Notes under the pieces: generated by a model
The model's input: only the letters and a program-made list of their open reading frames with translations
Told to the model about the DNA's origin: nothing
Databases searched by the model: none
Shown: positions 51,810 through 64,000 of the stretch, in pieces
Layout: each line of letters begins with the position of its first letter
How positions within the stretch are numbered: position 1 is the stretch's first letter
Program-made: the position numbers and the translations under genes
From: Vicugna vicugna
Taxonomy: Eukaryota
Assembly (NCBI GenBank): GCA_013265495.1
Contig: MU058844.1
Coordinates: forward strand, 3,663,895-3,727,894
Direction: 5' to 3'
Length of the DNA: 64,000 bases

Positions 51810-52720
51810 TGTATTCATTTACTAATTTATTATATACTTATTTACTATATTTAATGTGACAGACACAGGTAAGATATAAAGATACATAAGATAGTGTTCT
51901 GTATGCTTAATGAACTTACAGATTCCATGGTGTAGTGGTGTGGAAATTGCTAGCTATAAAATAATTTAGTAAGAACTATTAAAAAATGAGTACAAGATTC
52001 TATCGAACACAGAAAAGTAATTAACACTGACTTAGAGTGAAGATTCTTCAACAGAGATGACACTGAAGCTGGTATTTGAAAGAAAAAGTATTTTCACCGA
52101 TGAACCCAAGAGGTAAAGTTCTTTGCTGGAGGAAACACCATGGTCAAAAAGTACAGAGGCAAGAGAGGATATGGTGTGTTTGGAAAAAGGTAAGAACGAA
52201 GGAGTGATTGGATTGCTGAGTGCACATGTAGATGAAATATAAAACCTAAACTTATACCCTGCTGAAAACTAAAATTCTCGACCTGTAAGTAATGAGGAAC
52301 CATTACAGTAATGAAGAGACATGGTTTTACCCAAGACAACATCCTTATTAGATCTGTGTTTTAGAAAGATAATAATTGACAGTGTGGAAGGTGAAATGAT
52401 AAAAGGAGAGGCAAAACAGCCAGTTCATTTAGTTGCTATGAATGAGAGATGCTGAGGATTGAATTAGGGCAGAAGCAGTGGAGATAGAAAGAGATGGATT
52501 CAAGAGATATTTAGGAGGTGGATTTTTACTGAATTAAATATAGGTTGTGGAAGAGAGGGAGGGGATGCCACTTGATTGCCAAGTAGGGTGGTGGGTAGGG
52601 AAATGAAAATAGGGAATACAAGTGGGTAGAGTTGAGGAAGGATAGAGCTGAGTTCTGCCTTGGACATGCTGAGCTCAAGGCATTGACTGAATATCTAGGT
52701 GAAGATGCTCAGGAGTCAGT
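51810..52720 (-). mobile_element. LINE-2 fragment
   Basis: gcagaagcagtggagatagaaagagatggattcaagagatatttaggagg...tgagttctgccttggacatgctgag. Confidence 0.75.
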
Positions 52721-53043
52721 AGTTTCATTATTGCTTGATTGCCAACTCAACCTGTCTATTCATCTTCTCCGTTAGACTATCTCTCCATCATAGCAAGAAA
52801 ATAAAATAGTTTCTTGAAACTTAATTATCCCTTGTTGTCCTCTGTGGGCACAAATAGGAGGATCTTTTTCTCTGTTCTCACTCCCAGAGCTTCATCTATG
52901 TTCAGACCTCCTCTCCAGCGAAGAGGATTGGCAGTCTGCTGCTCCCATGAAAGGGGCCAGGCTGGGAGGGCCTGGCAGTATCAGGGTCAGAGGCATATGT
53001 AAGTGTGTTCCGTGTATCCAAAGAGCCATAAGTAAAACATTTA

Positions 53044-54379
53044 TGTAGTGGTTTTAAAGCATGTACACAAATTATCTGAAACTTTTCCTATGTATCTTTG
53101 AAGTTGAATCCTCCTCCCCTTGAATATAGACTGGCTTTAGTGACTAGCTTTCCAACAGATAGAGAGTGGCAGGGGTGATGCTGCAAGCCTACAGATGCTA
53201 AGTCATAAATGGTGATTCAGCTTTTACCAGCCTCCCTCCATCTCTCAGGACATTCACCTTGGGAGTCCCAAGCTAATATGTAAGAAGTTCAGTAACCCTA
53301 TAACTGTCACGCTGGGGAGTCCATGGAGAGTCCACATAGACTTACAGAAGCTAAGATTCTGATCACCAATTCTGATGCGTCCGTTTTTTCCCCCCACACC
53401 ACCAAGCAATTCTGTGATACTGGCTGGGTATACTACAATTGAACTCAGTTTTGACACTGTCTACCCAGGGATAACATCAGAGTCCACAGGGTAAAGGTTC
53501 AGTCCTCCAAGATTGCTTTCCTTCCCCCTTCAGATGTCAATCACCAGTCCAGGTTATCACTTGTGCTTCTGACCGATTGGTTGTAGATTAGAGATCCCAA
53601 AGAGTTTAACTCTTTGGGTTCAACTAATTAGCTAGAGCAGCACACAGAACTCAGAGAAACATCTTATTTACTAGACTACCAGTTTATCATAAAAGGATAT
53701 AACAGCCAGATGGAAGAGATGTTTAGGACAAAGCATGTGGGGAGGAACTCAGAGTTTCTTTGCTCACTGGATGTGCTACTCTTCCCAAATTCATGTGTTC
53801 ACCAATCCAGAAGTTCTCCAAACCCTGTCCTTTTGGAGTTTCATGGAGGCTTCATTACATAGGCATAATTGATTAACTTATTAGCTATTGGTGATTGAAC
53901 TTAATCTTTAGCCCCTCTCCCCTCCTAGATGTTGGTGGTGGGACTGAAAATTCTCTCTCTCTAAACAAAGTTGGTTCCCCTAGCAACTGGTCTTCATCCT
54001 TAGATCCTTTACAAAAGTCACTTCATTAACATAATGAAAGACCTCTACATTACTTTCCTCATAGGAAATTCCAAGGGTTTTAGGAGCTCTGTGTCAGGAA
54101 CGGGAAGAAGACCAAGTATATTTTTCTTACTATGAGTCATAATATCCTAGAAGCCCAATGCAGCCTCTGTCTGAGTCTTTCAGCATCAACCACCAGACCT
54201 GTGAGGAAGACTGCAGATGGTTCCAACTCTTCGCCTTCGAAGTTTCCCAGCTAAGTGTTTTGTGGAAATAGAGCAGTTCTTGCTGAGCCCTGCCCAAATT
54301 GCAGTTTCATGAGCGAAATTTTACTGTAATTTTAAACTACTAATTTGGGGGTGATAGCATTACATTTGATAATTGAACA
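53044..54379 (+). mobile_element. MLT1F/G-like MaLR solo LTR, split by a MER21-like insertion
   Basis: 5' half 53044-~53340 (tgtagtgg...cctccccttgaatatagactggctttagtgact) and 3' half ~54150-54379 (gagccctgcccaaattgcag...gataattgaaca). Flanks attta/cttta are an imperfect 5 bp TSD. Confidence 0.75.
53340..54149 (-). mobile_element. MER21-like LTR nested in the MaLR LTR
   Basis: aggaaattccaagggttttaggagctctgtgtcaggaac...gaccaagtatatttttcttactat is the reverse complement of the MER21 5' end. Confidence 0.8.
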
Positions 54380-54734
54380 CTTTATGAAGCCATGATTCAT
54401 CATAATCTAACCTAAAAAGTATTTTACTTATTGACATTGACACAGGGTCAACCTTTATTCATTTCATTCTCAAACTTTCAAAATGGTCGAAGATCTTCAT
54501 CTATGACAACTCATTAAAATCTTGTCATCTCTCTATTTTGCAGCACCAGCAAACTCCTGGCCATCTTTCGTTCTTACACACCAGTCAACACTGTTTATCT
54601 ATGCCGGCCTTTCCTCATCCCTTGGCCATCTTCAGCTCTTTTGAAATATTAGGCATGTTTACTTATAAAGGATCTAGCCCATATGAAATCAGACATAATA
54701 ACTTATACTCACAGTCCACACTGAACAACATCTA

Positions 54735-54915
54735 CAGTCTGTTCTCAGCAGAGGTGACAGAGTGATCCTTTTAAAACCTAAGTTAGATCTTGTCGCTTCT
54801 CTGCTCAGAGCTCTCCATTGGTTCCTGCTCTAACCTGGACTAAAACACAGACTTTCAAAAGGCCCTATTCTGTCTGGCCCCTGGTTACCTTCTAACCTCA
54901 TGGCCTGAGTCTCTT
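54735..54915 (+). mobile_element. LINE-2 fragment
   Basis: gagtgatccttttaaaacctaagttagatcttgtcgcttctctgctcagagctctccattgg. Confidence 0.7.
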
Positions 54916-54917
54916 GC

Positions 54918-55333
54918 CTTTTTCCCCAGCTTGTTGAGATTTAACTGACATACAACATTGTGTAAGTTTAAGGTGTACAACATGATGATTTGATACATGT
55001 ATATTGCAAAATAAATAGCATAATAAGATTAATTAGCCTGACCATCACCTCACATAATTACCTCTGTGTGTGTATGTGTCTGTGGGTGTGGTGAAAATAC
55101 TTAAGATTCACTCTCTTAGCAACTTTCAAGTATATAATACAGCATTGTTAACCATAATTACCAAGCTATGCATTAGATCCCCAGAGTTTACTTACCTTGT
55201 AACTGGAAGTTTGTACCCTTTGAGCAACCATTTCCCCACCCTCCAACATCTGGCAGCCACCAGTATGCTCTATTTTTATGAGTATTTTTTTTTTAGATTT
55301 CACATATAAAGGATATACAGTATCTGTCTTTCT
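54918..55333 (-). mobile_element. L1MA9/10-like 3' end
   Basis: gtaagtttaaggtgtacaacatgatgatttgatacatg...ctctcttagcaactttcaagtatataataca...gtaactggaagtttgtaccctttg. Confidence 0.85.
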
Positions 55334-55521
55334 GGACACAGATACACACAGAGAAGATCATATGAAGATAGGAAAGGAGAAAGAAGAAGAAACCAACCAT
55401 GCTGACACCTTGATCTTGGACTTCTAGCCTCCAAAACTGAAAACTGTGAGGAAATAAATTGTTGTTGTTTGAGCCATGCAGTCCGAGGTACTTTATCATG
55501 GTAGCCTTAGCTAACTAACAC
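55334..55521 (+). mobile_element. MLT1A-C MaLR LTR 3' half
   Basis: aaccaaccatgctgacaccttgatcttggacttctagcctcca...aataaattgttgttgtttgagcc...gctaactaaca. Confidence 0.85.
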
Positions 55522-56606
55522 AGGGGGAGGGCAAAGGGAGGGCTAAGGGTGCTTATGCATTAATAAATCCGACATAAGCAGAGAGAATACAGTGTGTGCT
55601 GCTGAGAACTGGCAGAGAGGAGCTCTCTTGAACCTCTGAGAAGATCCTCTCACGCTGTGTTTCGGGCTGGCAATTCTGTAGGGGCCACTATAAGAGAGTG
55701 AAGAGTGAGGTAAAATAAAGGAAAGAAGCCACTGAGTCCTCAGGAGAAATAAAGACTCTGTGTATGTGTGTGTGTGTAAAGTATTATGCTGACTTCATGT
55801 TACTGTAAGTCAAGCACATTTCATCCTTTTTTTTTAACATCTTCTTTGGCTAGGTTTGAAAGGCCAGGTTGAAAGGAAAAAAAATTAAATACATTGAGGC
55901 TTTTATAGTTGATAGGATTTTTGTCTTATTTAGAGTAGAATATAAGTTTAATGATTAGGTGACAGAAAAGCCTGATGTAGGTATCTGGCTCACAGTAAAT
56001 GACAACTAGGTGTTTTTTCCCCCTATGATCAGGTATATATATATATATATATATATATATTCAGAACAAGATTACCTGCAATAGAGGATGTACAAGAATA
56101 ATTAAGAAAGAATAATACATAATACATTGCCTTTACTTGGTTCCAATTATCTCAAGATTGTTAAACTCCTTATGAGTTGTAGTACTCATATCACACCCCA
56201 ACTGGGTTGCAAAGTGGCCCTGCCCTCATCTATCAGGTGGTAGATCTGTAAGATTGGGGTCAAATGACTTAGACTAGGAGGCAAGATAGAGATTATCTTA
56301 AGAAGAAAATACATCATTATAAGCTCTGCAGATGTACTGTAAACTCACGTCTGAGCTGGGAGATTATTATCCATCTGACTGTGTGCTTGGGAAATGAACT
56401 GAGAAGGACAGATTTGTTTCCCCAAACAAGTCAGTGAGAGCCAACAAAGATGCAGGTATTAATATTCCACATAGAATGTGGTTTCTTGAGCATCTGGATT
56501 ATTCCCAACTAGGACAGGTGCTTTGATATAATACATCAATTTGAAGTAGGGGGCAGCTGGTAAAGACAGGCATTATTATTTTTAAATCTGAATGGCTAAA
56601 GAGTCT

Positions 56607-56906
56607 TATCTTAGTTTGGGCTGGGTGGCTTAAACAATAATTTATTTCTCACAGTTTTAGAGACCAGAAGTCCAAGATCAAGGTGCTGGTATGATCAGGT
56701 TCTGGGAGAGACCCTCTTCCTGGTTTATAAGCAGCCACTTTTCCATTGTATCCTCATACGGCACGGAGAGGGAGAGCTTTGGTCTCTTACTCTAGGGACA
56801 CTAGGCTCCATCTTCATGACCTCATTACTTCCCAAAGGCCTCATCTGTAAATGCTATCACATTGGAGACTGAATTTTGGGAGAACACAAAGATTTAGTCC
56901 ATAGCA
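56607..56906 (-). mobile_element. MaLR (MLT1/MST-type) solo LTR with perfect 5 bp TSD
   Basis: tttatttctcacagttttagagaccagaagtccaagatcaaggtgctgg; TSD agtct at 56602-56606 and 56907-56911. Confidence 0.85.
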
Positions 56907-57395
56907 AGTCTTCACTAACTGAGGCAACTGATAAAGTGTATATCCTGTCAATCACCTACTAAATGGAAATCTATAGATCCTTTATTCTGTCTCTGAGGCC
57001 ATTCATAAGTATTGATGGTTGACTGTCCATCTCTCCTTCATGGGAGGGATCACGAATTAAAGGTGGATATGACAGCATTCTGATTCCTTAAGCACTGAAT
57101 TTTAATTTGGGGAAAGGGCATAGACACCCAAGAAAAGCATTCTGTTCCCTTTCCCTTTACTCTCCTTTTTTCTTCCTCCTCCTCCAACTTCATCTCCACC
57201 TTTTTCCTTTGAAGCTATCAAAGATTACAAGGTGCATTTAGCTTAATCATCCAGACTCAACATTACTCATCTAGTTAACAGAGATTGATCAGAGGTGTTC
57301 CCTTTTTCTTTCTAGGCCATTTCCAGTAACACAACCTCTTGCACCCCACTGACTGACAAACCCAAAGCGACCAAAGAAATCCGCCAGAGTCTTAC

Positions 57396-57500
57396 CTTTG
57401 TATTTATAGCTTGCTTCAGAATTGATGTTGGATCCTGTGCTCATCTCTGTCTCTTCCTGGAAGCCAGTTCTTTTACAAGAATGCAACCGCAAAAAAGTAG
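57396..57500 (-). other. putative 105 nt internal exon, minus strand
   Basis: Acceptor aaatgttctttcctttcag| and donor AAG|GTAAGA. Frame-preserving; open as (A)TFLRLHSCKRTGFQEETEMSTGSNINSEASYKYK(G). Confidence 0.35.
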
Positions 57501-58124
57501 CTGAAAGGAAAGAACATTTTGGAAGGGTTAGATGTACACATATACCTGAAAGAAGCAAGAGATGGGAATAAATCTGGCTGCTGTTTTGGCCCAACATCTA
57601 GACGTTGTCTTACTCTGACTGTTTTAGTTACTAGAGAGTGGGAACTACGTATTTTCTTAGAAGGAGCCTGAGCTGGCAGCACACTCTTCTCCTAATAACA
57701 CAGTTCCTTCTGGGGAATTGGGGGTGAGTCGCCTGCCAGTGATCTTCGCTGGGCAGTGGAAAGCATAGCTGACAGTTACTTCAGAGTACTACTCTGAGAA
57801 CAGACCCCCTGATGAGTCTGTTTAAGAGCATTAGGAGAAAGGAAGAGAAACTAATGTCTATCAAACTTTCACATCCAGACTCTGTGCAAGGTTTTTTCAC
57901 ATGAATTACCTTATCTTTGTAGTAATTCCTAAAACTACACATTTTTAGATTGAATCATATTGTGCATTTTATGTAGGTCAAAAATGGTTGATGATTGGCT
58001 TTTCACACACTTCAACCTAATATTATCCTCATTTTTTAATCATAAAAACACACCACACACACTTGTTCTGTTCCCTGTCTACTCTCCTGGATTCCCCTCC
58101 AAGCTTCCCACTTTACAGCATAAA

Positions 58125-58290
58125 GGAATTATTCTCAAACTTCAAAGTAAGGCTTATTAGAAAATAGATTGCTGGTTTCTAACCTCAGAGTCTCTGATTC
58201 AGTATTGAATTGATTCAGATATTGAATTTCTAACAAATAACCAGGCGATACTGCTGCTTCTGGCCCAGGATCACACCTTGGGAACTACTG
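58125..58290. mobile_element. MER5A-like MITE
   Basis: ttctcaaactt...cctcagagtctctgattcagta...atttctaacaa...cacaccttgggaactactg. Confidence 0.75.
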
Positions 58291-58835
58291 GTATAGAGGA
58301 ATGACATCCTCGAAGATAAACCTTCAAGATTTACTTTTTTCCCCTCTTTGGCCTCCAAAACAACATTTAAAATCTAGATTTTATTTAAAAATATTTTCTA
58401 AAACTGATTTTTTTTCACTTAGCCTCACTTTATGTGTCTTTGTATATAATGCATAAAACAGAATCTGTATCACCTTAGTTTTTAAAAGACTACAACATTT
58501 TTCCATGTGTATGAACATAATTCCAGAAAAACTATTTTATAGATTAAGTGATACTAAAAGTCTAAAATTTAAAGTGCTGGAGGCTAAGAGAAGGGTGAAA
58601 GAATAAAGAACATTTGGTGGGTGGGTGAGACAATGCAGTAGAGATTCATACACCGTGTTTGAGTTTATTCTGGACATTATCCCTTCAAGTCCTTTCTGCT
58701 ACTGAATTTCATGAGCCAAAAAACACTGAGAAAAACCAGCCAGGAATGATTCCCTCTCTTTAAAGATAAGGAAACAGACTCCGAAGAGTAAAATGATTTT
58801 CCCATCAACGCTGGTCCGTGGAATAACCCAGGAGA

Positions 58836-59100
58836 TGTTAAAAGATGAACTGAGGTATATTAAAAATGTTAAGTTTATGTGAGCAAAAACTGATTCCAGT
58901 CCGGCAGCACCAGAAGCAAGAAAGGAAGTTATTCAATTGGCTGTAGCGTAAAGCCTGGTTGGCTGTTTGTGACTGCTTGTCCTTAGCATTTTGATTTCAT
59001 AACCTTGAGGCACTTGCAGGCTTGGATTTTGGTTTGCTTACATAAGCTACTAAGGCAGTAGAGTCACCTCAGCCTGATGACCTCCTTGTTTAATTTAACA
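58836..59100. mobile_element. short ERV1-type solo LTR
   Basis: Termini tgttaaaa...tttaaca (TG...CA inverted ends); flanks ggaga/ggagt. Confidence 0.7.
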
Positions 59101-59849
59101 GGAGTCAGGGCAAACATCAGAGTTGGTGCCAGAGGGGGAACAGTGCATAGGAGACGGGGACACGACGTCTAATTTGGGCTAGGATAGAGGAGGAAATCCT
59201 ATTCCTCTAACTTCCTCTCACTTGCACTTGTATTCAGATACATTAGGAATAAATATAAAAGTTCCTTTAATCTTGAGTCACCAAAAATACTCTAGAATCT
59301 TGGCATGCACAATCCAGGTAGTCATCAGATGTTCTGTCTATTTACTACTAAACACGTGGGTATTCAGAAACACCACTATTTTTGTTAGAAGCTCAGACAG
59401 TATCTTCCTCACTGTGTGCTCCTCTGGTCTCTCCCAAGGACTTGAGAAAGCTGTTTTTCTTTCTTTGTTTCCCTGTGTCCTTGTACTTAACTCTCCTTCT
59501 CTTTCTTCCTTTATCTCATCCGTTTTCTTTGTTCCTGCTTTTATCACACCAACTTTTTTTCTACCTAATTTGCCTTAACCCACCCAGCTCCATTCCCTGT
59601 GTATTTTCCACTTCAATGAATGTCAAATGTTTCTTCTTTGATCAGGACTTTCCCTAAAGGTTTTAGTGGGTTTTGCCCTAAATGGGAGGTGGTGGTAACT
59701 GGTTTTGCTCATCCTAACAAACAACGTAGAAATGCCAAAGGGATACTAATACCACTTAGCCTTTACAAAGGACAAAGAAGCTGGAGAAATTTATTGGTAA
59801 GCAATTACATATTCTTTAAAATATGTAGTAAACCCTCTGGTCCCTCTTC

Positions 59850-59970
59850 TTAGTAGAATTGCCCTGAACAGCCTGGACAAGTTACCTTATGTCTATGAAT
59901 TTTGGCTTCCTCACCTATGAAAAGATGATAATAATATCTTCTCACACAGCTGTTACGAGGATAAAATAAA
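59850..59970 (+). mobile_element. MIR fragment
   Basis: ctggacaagttaccttatgtctatg...ttcctcacctatgaaaagatgataataat. Confidence 0.6.
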
Positions 59971-60029
59971 AAGGGTGCTTCGTCTATCTACTATTATTCT
60001 CCTCCAAACTATCAGAATAGCATTAGTCC

Positions 60030-61060
60030 ATTCACACATTCATTCAAGGATGTGTGCTACTCACTATAAACAGAACCGTGAACAAGATTGGTCTTTGACT
60101 TCATGGAACTTACAGTCTATCAGAAGAGATAGATGAAAACAAACAATAGTAAAAATAATAAACCATAATGAGGACAACAAAGGCAAATACATTGTGCAAC
60201 ATGTGCAGTGGAGAAAAAGGAAATTGTATCAGGAAAGTGGGGGGACCTGATCTGGTCTGCAGGAGTGGGTGGGCAAGCATGAGTTCTCCACTGGAGTGAC
60301 ATTTAAGTTCAGGTCCAAAAGATGAATGTGGGATTGACTAATTTGTAAACGGAGAAGGGAGAGTTCCAGACAGAGGGAATCGCATGTTCAAAGGCCTACA
60401 AGGTGCCAGAAAGAACTCGGTACATTTCAAGGAATTCATGAAAGGCCCATATGTTAGAAAGCCATGGGGAGAGGGTCATGAGATGAAGCTGCAGAAGTCG
60501 GTGGGAGCAGAACTGCCAGCTCTTTGGGACCACAGTAAGGGTTATTTTCCTTTCTCCCAAAAGCACTTGGTAGACTTTGAAAGGATGTAAGCTGGGAAAT
60601 AATATAGTCAGATTTTCCTCTTGAATCTGCTGGGTTAGAATAAATTGGGGAAATGCAGGAATGGAAGAGGGATATCTGTTAGGCTTCCATGGTTGTCTAG
60701 ATGAGATATAATGCTTGATTACAGAAGTGGGAGGGAACGGGAATGGAGCTTTGAGATACTTAATAGACGGACTTAGGCTTTGTGGATCAAGTAAGCATAA
60801 GCTGTGAAGATGAGGCTGATCGATATGATTTCCAGTTTTCTGGTTCTGCTGGTGCCATTTACTCTTAGAAGGAACACATTTGCAGGGGAGGCTCATTTGT
60901 TCTGGCTTGGATATACTGACTTTGAGATGCCTGTAAAACATCCACACAAAAATGTCTGATGAGCAAATGGTTCAGAACACAGATCTGAACTGGACAAAAA
61001 GTATGAGAGTTAATGTTTTTTCGAGGATACTGAAACATAGGAGTAAACGAGATAAGGAGG
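60030..61060 (-). mobile_element. LINE-2 (~1 kb)
   Basis: cattcattcaagg...tgacttcatggaacttacagtcta...gactttgagatgcctgtaaaacatcca. Confidence 0.75.
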
Positions 61061-61749
61061 GGGAGAAATACACAACAGCAAACCAGCTAGACAAAAATGA
61101 TAGTGTATCCAGACGATAGTTACTGTATGAATGAGGAGAAGGGGTGAAGGGGGGGTTGTGTAAGTAGACAGGGTGGAGGGTGGATGTGTCTTTGTTGGCA
61201 GAAGCCATTTTTCCTTTAAAGTTGTAGTTTCCAAGCTCACTAGAGTCCCTTGGGTAGCTTATTTAGGGTGGAATTTAAAAACTCAGCCTTGAAGGACCCA
61301 GACCTTGGGCACTGTTAGTCCTCAGATAAATTGGGGAGAGGGAAATATAATCCTTTCATATTCCCCTTTCCTGTCATTATTTATACATATCACATAAATG
61401 TTTGTGTATCTTTAAAACACATTTTCTATAGTGAATTTAACACTAGATTTAAAAACAGGAAAAAAGTACTTTAAAATGTAGCCAACAATTGCTGTTTAGA
61501 TATAGAAAATTAAACATTTTTCTGTTGATTACCATGGAAAAAAAGCATTGGTTAGATAATCATTCAGGTTTGAATCTCACTGAAAACATTTGTATATTAG
61601 AGAATTCCACTCTGATACCTCATGAATATTTAATTACAATCTTCATGCTTTTTATATTATGGTCTTGTCTGTGTCTCAAGATAATAAAGAACAATAGTAA
61701 ATGTAAAAACCTACCTATACACCCACCCATCTATCCACCCAACCAGGGC

Positions 61750-61990
61750 ACTATAATGTAGCAGTTAACAGCATGGCTCCTGAGATTAGTTTATCTGGGT
61801 TCAAATCCCAACTCCGCCACTCACAGACCCTGTGTGCTTGGGAAGATCACTTAAACTCTCTATACTTCAGTTTCCACATTATAAAATGGATACAATAGTA
61901 ATTTATATCTCATACAATTTTGTGAGAATTAAATGAGCTAATATATGTAAAGCAATTATGATGTAGCCTGGATTATACTAAGTGGTTTAT
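61750..61990 (+). mobile_element. MIR SINE, near full length
   Basis: ctgggttcaaatcccaactccgccactcac...ttgtgagaattaaatgagctaatatatgtaaagc. Confidence 0.9.
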
Positions 61991-62719
61991 ATTTTACCAG
62001 TACAGATAATGACCCAGGCCTAGACCACAGGGTTCTACAAGGAGTTTACAGTCTAGTGGGAAGTTGAGATAAGGAGATACTGTAATGGGGGCAGGACAAG
62101 CCTGATGAAGTCACAAAGGAGGGGGAGCAAAGGGATTCTGTAACAACTTTTGGCATACAACTCATTCACAATCACAAAAACACTTATTTTGTGCTTTGCA
62201 ATTTTCAAAGTGATTATGCATATCTTAATTTACTTGAATCTTTTATCAGCCTTGTGAATTCAATATTTTGGAGAACATTTCCTGGGTTAATTGTAGGAGA
62301 AGAGTCTCATAAAAATAAGATACATTTTATAATCTCAAATCATAAAGTTTAGTGGAGTTTTTGGTCCCAGATTTACATAAATGGAAGTTGAAGTTTAGAA
62401 TTAAAGGACTGGCCAAAGTCACACAGCTGATGATACAAGAATGATAACAACCCCAGTCTAAAAACCATACAATCAATTATGTATGGTTTTTAGTCTGTTC
62501 ATTACATATATGGTTCTAAAACTAGATGAAATCATACACTAACGGGCACAGAACCCCTGAGGTCCTTTCCTGACAGTAATATTAAAAAGTTGTATACTTG
62601 GGTTTTAGAAACTCAGACATACCAAGATTATGCAGAAAAAGAATAAACAAGGTTCTCTGAATGTTGTCTCTGGCTCTGCAATGCCAGAATACATTACCCA
62701 CATCCTGGTAAAGTAAAAA

Positions 62720-63330
62720 AAAATCTTTCTGAGTCTCCTTATTCAGCAAGCTTCCTCAACTAGGATGCCAAGGCATTTCACAGGGACATAAAAAGAACAA
62801 AGGTGGGGCTATATCAGCCCTGGGGCAGGATGGCTGAAGTCACCCCTGAGTGCTTGGAGCCAAGGTTAATTGTCCAAATCCAAAGGCAAGCTCAGGTGAT
62901 AGGCAGCGGGGCAGGCTGGGGTTAGTCACAGAACAGGCTGGGTGCTGGAGAATTAGAAATTTACTGTCATGAGAGAGGCTCAGTTCAAGAGCACCCAAAG
63001 TCAAAGAGTCAGGCCACAAAGGCCACAGGGAATGGGAATATAAAAAGTGGGTGAAGGATCAGGAGGGCAACACAGAAGGACAGATCCATATCAGGGTAAC
63101 TCGATCCCTGAATAGGCTTCCTGTTCCTACTTCTGAGGCTTTCTTCAACAATAGTTTGGCAGAGTCTGTCACAGCCAAGTTAGTCTAGACTGTACAGGTG
63201 AGAACCAGCAAAGGTTCACTGGCTGAAATGAGGCAGGAGTTAGCCTAGTGCTCATGAGTCAATTACAGGGAGATTTAGAATGGTAACAAAGGCACACAGG
63301 AGGCCAGCCTCAGAAGCATGTGTATACTGT
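62720..63330. mobile_element. possible ancient Gypsy-like (MamGyp/LTR8x) LTR fragments
   Basis: GC-richer block with gtccaaatccaaaggcaagctcaggtg and gtcaaagagtcaggcc motifs; recalled similarity only. Confidence 0.3.
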
Positions 63331-63532
63331 TGAAGATTTGTACTTGGCCAAAACATCATGTTCTACTTCAAAGGAAAAACCCTTAAAAGGTGTTCATTTT
63401 CCAAAACGGTTCAGAGTAGATGACTAGTAAGTGGCTTTCAGTGAGGGGAAGGGGAGAAGAAGCCAAACTAATACCCTTTTCAGTGAATCAGAAACATATA
63501 CATCACACTGTCTTTGAAAAGCGTATAGATCT

Positions 63533-64000
63533 TGTCAACGAAAAATTAATCAGTTGACCTAATAAATAAATTGAAAATTTTATTTGAGTCTATTTGAGGA
63601 TTATAACCTGGGAAGAGCCCCTCAGAAAGCTCTGAGACCTGTTTCACCAGTTAGAAATCAGGGCACAGTTTTAAAAGTTTTCTGAGATGGGGGCCATACA
63701 TCAAATAACATCTAATTGACAGTTTCCATAATCCACACCTAAGCATCATCCTGGTGGGTCATGTGACCCCTTACAAACTCAAGAAGGAAAGTTATCTTTT
63801 AAGGAGCTGTCTTGTTGATGCTGGGAGAATGCTGCTCTTTAAGGCTGAGCAGGTATTCCTGCTGATGGGGGAGGTCTGGTCCATGTGTAATGTAGATACA
63901 CTATGCACAGTGTGGGGAGAGAGGAGGTCAAAGGGCAGAGAAGAATTTTTTTATGTTTAAATTTTCCCTTGTCTTGTCATAAAATATGAATTTTATTTCA
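63533..64000 (-). mobile_element. ERV1-type solo LTR (ends at the window edge)
   Basis: tgtcaacg...ttttatttca (TG...CA ends); minus-strand AATAAA at 63579-63584; gaggattataacctgggaagagcccctcagaaagctctgag motif. Confidence 0.7.

Noticed and set aside
60396..60947. Longest ORF (183 aa)
   Set aside because: Lies in a decayed L2 and has no recognisable domain; at most a degenerate LINE remnant.
61141..61183. G-quadruplex candidate
   Set aside because: Requires a 15 nt loop and has no supporting context.
1..64000. CpG-island promoter or novel multi-gene system
   Set aside because: No CpG island, no credible multi-exon coding chain and no non-mammalian segment was seen.

Overview
AT-rich, CpG-depleted mammalian genomic DNA with no CpG island and no recognisable protein-coding gene. 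It looks like intergenic or deep intronic sequence. A tRNA-derived SINE at 33316-33456 resembles the camelid-specific vic-1-type family, which points to a camel/alpaca/llama relative (inferred from memory, not searched). A large share of the window is transposon fossil: LINE-1 3' ends (one relatively young, with a translatable ORF2 C-terminus and a TSD), old L1/HAL1, many L2 and MIR copies, MaLR/ERVL/ERV1 solo LTRs (one nested), hAT-Charlie MITEs (MER5A, MER58) and a Tigger/pogo transposase remnant. There is also an ~850 bp TG-rich low-complexity tract. The listed ORFs are mostly chance or repeat-derived. Splice-signal-bounded exon candidates occur at 805-941, 1064-1087 and 3871-~3955 (+) and 57396-57500 (-); no gene could be named. 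The most unusual structures are a 225 bp modular palindrome of four ~47 bp units (18196-18420) and a 29 bp stem hairpin whose non-Watson-Crick positions are all G-U wobbles (31986-32053). I found no convincing evidence of a novel multi-gene biological system. Repeat family names come from recalled consensus similarity and need RepeatMasker/Dfam confirmation.
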